Origin: Abditibacteriaceae bacterium
Lineage (GTDB): Bacteria > Armatimonadota > Abditibacteriia > Abditibacteriales > Abditibacteriaceae
DNA: 22,062 bases
Direction: 5' to 3'
Assembly: GCA_031372065.1 (NCBI GenBank)
Contig: JANMKN010000120.1
Span: 1 to 22,062 of the forward strand
Positions 18,284-22,062 of this stretch are shown piece after piece. The position numbers and the translations under genes are program-made. Every line of letters starts with the position of its first letter. The stretch's first letter is position 1. The notes under the pieces were generated by a model. The model ran no database searches and had not been told where the DNA came from. It saw only the letters and a program-made list of their open reading frames with translations.

Positions 18284-20392
18284 ATGAAAACTCTGCGATT
18301 CACGTTAGTTATGCTGTTCGTCGTGGCATTGTGGCGTCCGGCCTATGCCGATGGCATTTTGCCGGGGCCGTTTGACGACTACATTGATAAATGGGGACTT
18401 GGCGGCTATCCCGACTCCGATACATCGGTGCAAGTCAAACCGGGTGATGACACGCCTGCTGCGCAGAATATTCAACAGGCCATAGATTTCCTGCGCGACA
18501 TCGGCGACACCGAAATGGCGGACGATTTAACGGAGTGGTTCAGCGAAGGCTGGGTCAAAGGCAGCAAAATTTTTCGCGATCCGAATCCCGGTGGCAACGC
18601 CGACACCAACACCGTTGGCACTATCACCATTTCCGACAGCGGCATCGGCGCCAAGAATGTTTTCGATCCCGTCAAGGATTTCGATAGCATTGTGACCTTA
18701 GCGCGGACGCTAACCCACGAAATGACACACGTTCATCAAAACGTCATCTGGAAAGGCTTTAATTCGATTGAAACCCTCAATAGCGTGCAAGATCATGAAG
18801 TCGAAGGCTGGGAAGTAGGCTTAGATGCCCTGCGCCGCTGGCATGATGTTTTGTGGTTGCGCTACTTCGAGGAAAAAGACCCCGCTAAAAAAGTCGCGCT
18901 TGCACACCAGTTGCAAACCGTTGCCAACGTGGAAGTAGGGACGTGGGGCGATTACGCGGAAAACAAATTTTACGGCGTGGATGGCAAACAATACGCCGAG
19001 CAGCGCGCTGAGGCCACAGAAAACGCAAAATATGGCGATATGCGCTTGCGCACGGCAACGCAGGAATTAAAACGCACGCAGGAAGCCGAAGCACAAGCCA
19101 AAGCCGCAGAAGCGGCGGCCATCCGCGCCGCCCAATACGCGCGCGAGCAGACTAACACCCGCTTGCGCGTCGAAGCCGAACAAAAAGCCGCGCAATTAAA
19201 AGCCGAGGCTGACGCAAAACAGGAAGCCTATCGCCGGGCCGTCGAAGCTGTGCGCCGCGCCGAGCAGGACGAGCGCAACCGCGCCGAAGCACAGCAATTG
19301 CGCCACGATGCCAATCGTTTAGATGGCCCGGCGGCCACGTCAGAGCGACAAGAGAACGACTGGCGCGATTTGGAGCGAGATGCGCGCGAGGACGCCCGCC
19401 GCAACCGCGAACGCGCCCGCGAATGGCGGCGCGAAGGCCGCGAAGACTGGGCCAAAGAATGGGAAGAAGAAGCGCGCCGCGATGAAGCCGAAGCCGCGCG
19501 CCGCGCCGAAGAAGCCAAACGTCTCGAAGAAGAAGCCCGAAAACTCAGAGAACGCGCCAAAGAACTGCGCGACAAAGCGGCCCAATTGTCTCCGCAGCAA
19601 GTCAGTCAATTGCTGCCCCAAATTCATCAGGAAGTGGAAACTTTACTGGCGAAAGCGCCGCATTCGCCGCGTGCCGACGATTTGGAAGTCTCGCTGCAAG
19701 GTGAAAACCGTTCGGCAGGTGATATTTTTACTTGCACCTTTACCAATCACAGTGACCAGACTTTGTTAGCTGCCTTGCCTGTAGGCTTGGTCTTGACGCC
19801 GCGCAACGGCGCTTATCAAAGCATGATTATCGGCCAAACCGCAGCCGTCACTTTGCCGCCGGGCACCAGCTCCACCATAAAATTGGATGGTTTTTGCCTT
19901 GACCCCGGTAAATTGCCCCCACCGGCAGCGATGCCCGCCGCGCCTGCCATCGCGCGGCAACCAAAGCCCCATTTTGTGCTGGTAGCCGCTGGAAAACCGG
20001 CGGCAAAGGCCAATTCACGCCGTCCTGCATGGCAAAAAGCCGGTGCCGTGTTCAATTGGGGCGTCGCTTTTGGCCCGGTTCAGCAAAAACAGATGGCACC
20101 CTATGTCGCCATCGTGCGCGCCGGAAATGAAATGGATAATTTGGGTAAATTAGCTCCCGGCATTCAAGACCCGAAGTCGTATCGCACAACGGTCATTCAG
20201 CGCGCCCTCTGGTTGCAATCCACCAAAGGCACACCGCAGCAATTAGGCAAAGCCGCACTGCAAAAAGAGATCGCCGCCCAAATCGCCAAATTGCCAGCAG
20301 AACAACGCCCCGCGCCGCAAGCGCAGAGCCAAGCCGTAGAGCGCATCTGGGCCGATGTGCAAATGGTGCTGCAAATGGCCGGTCTTAAATAG
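18284..20392 (+). CDS. Secreted multidomain protein: HExxH metallopeptidase-like domain, coiled coil, thioester-domain-like C-terminus
   Basis: AAGGAGG RBS; signal peptide ending PAYA; THEMTH followed by HEVEGW; E/R/A-rich helix at about aa 235-435; GFCLDP (Cys538) and VIQRALW (Gln639). Confidence 0.7.
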   Translation: MKTLRFTLVMLFVVALWRPAYADGILPGPFDDYIDKWGLGGYPDSDTSVQVKPGDDTPAAQNIQQAIDFLRDIGDTEMADDLTEWFSEGWVKGSKIFRDPNPGGNADTNTVGTITISDSGIGAKNVFDPVKDFDSIVTLARTLTHEMTHVHQNVIWKGFNSIETLNSVQDHEVEGWEVGLDALRRWHDVLWLRYFEEKDPAKKVALAHQLQTVANVEVGTWGDYAENKFYGVDGKQYAEQRAEATENAKYGDMRLRTATQELKRTQEAEAQAKAAEAAAIRAAQYAREQTNTRLRVEAEQKAAQLKAEADAKQEAYRRAVEAVRRAEQDERNRAEAQQLRHDANRLDGPAATSERQENDWRDLERDAREDARRNRERAREWRREGREDWAKEWEEEARRDEAEAARRAEEAKRLEEEARKLRERAKELRDKAAQLSPQQVSQLLPQIHQEVETLLAKAPHSPRADDLEVSLQGENRSAGDIFTCTFTNHSDQTLLAALPVGLVLTPRNGAYQSMIIGQTAAVTLPPGTSSTIKLDGFCLDPGKLPPPAAMPAAPAIARQPKPHFVLVAAGKPAAKANSRRPAWQKAGAVFNWGVAFGPVQQKQMAPYVAIVRAGNEMDNLGKLAPGIQDPKSYRTTVIQRALWLQSTKGTPQQLGKAALQKEIAAQIAKLPAEQRPAPQAQSQAVERIWADVQMVLQMAGLK

Positions 20393-20442
20393 AAGCAATC
20401 GCATTGCTTCATTCCCCCCTCTTTAAAGAAGCGAGGCTGGCT

Positions 20443-21003
20443 TTACAGTCCCGACACGTAGGGCCGAAAAACGTAATCACTTTCGGACTGCGCAGCGTGG
20501 CACGACTGGCAGTTTTCCAATTTGCCGCGCTGGTAAACCTTTTTGCCGACGCCATCGGTGACAAGATATTCCCAGTCACCTTTTTTCGGGTCGTAACCAG
20601 CGCGCTGCTTAATCATCACCGTCAAAAGTTCCGGTTTTGTGCTGTCTTTGGCGGGCAGTTTCTCTTTGACAATCACGCTGCCTTCGGGAAAGTGTGGATT
20701 CGTCGCTTGAAACATCGCCGCGCGGCCCTTTTCGTTGACGAAAACGCGAACAAACTTGCTTTTGGTGTGCGGATGCGAACTTTTGAAGGAAAGTGGCGCA
20801 GATGAACGAACCGCACACTTCGCTGCCGTGCGCGCACTCATGGCGAAGGATTGCGGGTTGACGAGCGTCCATTTTTTGTAATCCGCAATCTCTGGCGCTG
20901 TTAAAGTCTGCTGGGAAACCGGCTTTTTGCCCGCGCCAAAAGTCACGGCACCGAGGCTACAAAGCAGACTTACCAAAATCAGGCACTGCCATTTCGTTTG
21001 CAT
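20443..21003 (-). CDS. Cytochrome P460 / c'-beta family protein
   Basis: Signal peptide; FPEGSVIVKE, TVMIK, GDWEY and C-terminal CQSCH...DYVF; AAGGAG RBS. Confidence 0.85.
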   Translation of the reverse strand: MQTKWQCLILVSLLCSLGAVTFGAGKKPVSQQTLTAPEIADYKKWTLVNPQSFAMSARTAAKCAVRSSAPLSFKSSHPHTKSKFVRVFVNEKGRAAMFQATNPHFPEGSVIVKEKLPAKDSTKPELLTVMIKQRAGYDPKKGDWEYLVTDGVGKKVYQRGKLENCQSCHAAQSESDYVFRPYVSGL

Positions 21004-21181
21004 GAAAGCTCCTTAGAAATTTGTGTTTCTGGCAATTTGAGAGCAACTCCGAAGTGGTTGAGTTGCGCAAAACGCGCTATCGAACTGCCGTTTTCAAGGC
21101 GCAACAGCGATATTTTCTTGTCTTTGGGAGTTGTCGCTAACCCCAGACTATCACGCCAAACGCGCCACCTGAACCGGCACT

Positions 21182-21213
21182 AAAAAGCGCGCCTCTCGCT
21201 TGAGAAACGCGCT
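21182..21213 (-). terminator. Rho-independent terminator downstream of the 21299-21679 gene
   Basis: Minus-strand agcgcgtttctc-aagc-gagaggcgcgct (12 bp with two G-U pairs) followed by TTTT. Confidence 0.7.
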
Positions 21214-21298
21214 GCTTATTGAAAACGGAATCAACTGCTAAAACGAGACATCCTGCCAACATAGTCTCTTGTTATCTTGCTGTTTGACGCTTTCGCGC

Positions 21299-21679
21299 TC
21301 AAGATGTCGAGTTCTTGTAAAGTAAGACAAGAACAGCGATGACGTTGAATATAGCACCAAAGAAAAACCATAGAAGTGCATTCCTTTTAGTATTTTGTGC
21401 CCATAGAGCGCAGAAAGCACCAAACAGAATAGCTACTCCGCCTGTGCTTACGTTGGAATTGACTGGCGAAACAGGTTTGGGCTTGCTTCTCGAACTTAAA
21501 ACGTCAATTCGCTCATCTAAAATCTTGACCTGCTGCTTTAACTTTTTTACTTCCTGTTGTAGCGCCTCTGGATTTGGTGTAGGCGTGGGAGTCCTTTGCT
21601 GCGCTTGCACCAACGGACAACAAAGAACAGCGACGAGCAATAAGCACAAATAAGTCAGAGATTTGCGAAGCTGTATCAT
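21299..21679 (-). CDS. Small membrane protein (signal peptide, short coiled coil, two C-terminal TM helices)
   Basis: Start set at ATG 21679 (MIQLRKSLTYLCLLLVAVLCCPLVQA) with an upstream GGAAGGA; C-terminal FGAFCALWAQNTKRNALLWFFFGAIF; low GC. Confidence 0.65.
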   Translation of the reverse strand: MIQLRKSLTYLCLLLVAVLCCPLVQAQQRTPTPTPNPEALQQEVKKLKQQVKILDERIDVLSSRSKPKPVSPVNSNVSTGGVAILFGAFCALWAQNTKRNALLWFFFGAIFNVIAVLVLLYKNSTS

Positions 21680-22062
21680 GCAATTGATTGTATCAGTTCC
21701 TTCCAAGCGGCGCGCCGCGACAGAACAAGTTATTAAACCGCAGTTTCGTGACTTAATGCACAAAATAGTCTCGCCAAAGCGAGAAAAACCGCAAAATGCA
21801 ATTTGCGGTGAAATCAAGCGTCTGGCGGCGTAAAATCGTAAGTTCGCTTTGAGGGTGAAGTTCTGAAAATGGCAGCAGTTGGGCGGCAAACAGAGGCGCG
21901 AAATGCCAGCGAAAAATAAGGCAGCGCACTTTTATCAAAGAGCGGGCGCGTTGTAAAATAGATTAGGCAGTTGGGCTTATCAGTCTAATGAGAAAAGATG
22001 CCTGCGGCGTCCCACGGAGCATCTTTTTTCCGCGCTCGGAGCACCGTGGGGTGCCACGGGGT

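Noticed and set aside
19050..19590. Repetitive GCC/GAA/CGC-rich DNA as a repeat element
   Set aside because: Explained by the low-complexity Glu/Arg/Ala coiled coil of the encoded protein.
21238..21298. Integron attC site after the low-GC membrane protein gene
   Set aside because: No properly spaced complementary RYYYAAC/GTTRRRY pair and no integrase.
21680..21889. N-terminal extension of the 196-aa ORF
   Set aside because: Non-protein-like sequence; a signal peptide and RBS fit ATG 21679.
21993..22062. Hairpins at the right edge (aaaagatgc/gcatctttt; ccgtgg/ccacgg) as a tRNA or IS end
   Set aside because: No cloverleaf or T-loop motif, and the sequence is truncated by the window edge; it cannot be assigned beyond a possible terminator.

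Overview
A 22-kb chromosomal window from a moderately GC-rich, probably diderm bacterium (it encodes an outer-membrane beta-barrel). Gene style is reminiscent of Abditibacteriota/Armatimonadota, but that is only inference. Housekeeping genes (dapL, dapF, thiC, a D-2-hydroxyacid dehydrogenase, a GDPD coupled to a secreted beta-propeller phosphoesterase, a cytochrome P460-family gene) alternate with accessory inserts. Five signals stand out. (1) 11443-13550 is an apparent operon: a strong sigma70 promoter, an uncharacterised internally duplicated helical protein, a non-coding ~42-bp-period array of two alternating conserved boxes with short variable segments and strong dyad symmetry, then a small ORF plus an AbiEii-type nucleotidyltransferase. 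(2) An AvaI/BsoBI-family restriction endonuclease has no adjacent methyltransferase, and by manual scan the window lacks CYCGRG and also GTAC. (3) A TPR/beta-barrel (Slam-like) gene is followed by two secreted proteins, one combining an HExxH motif, a coiled-coil stalk and a thioester-domain-like C-terminus. (4) A family of CACAAAG/CGCAGAG-type inverted repeats is seen both empty and bracketing an AT-rich cargo gene. (5) A ~140-bp MITE-like element. All motif counts were made by eye and no database search was run.
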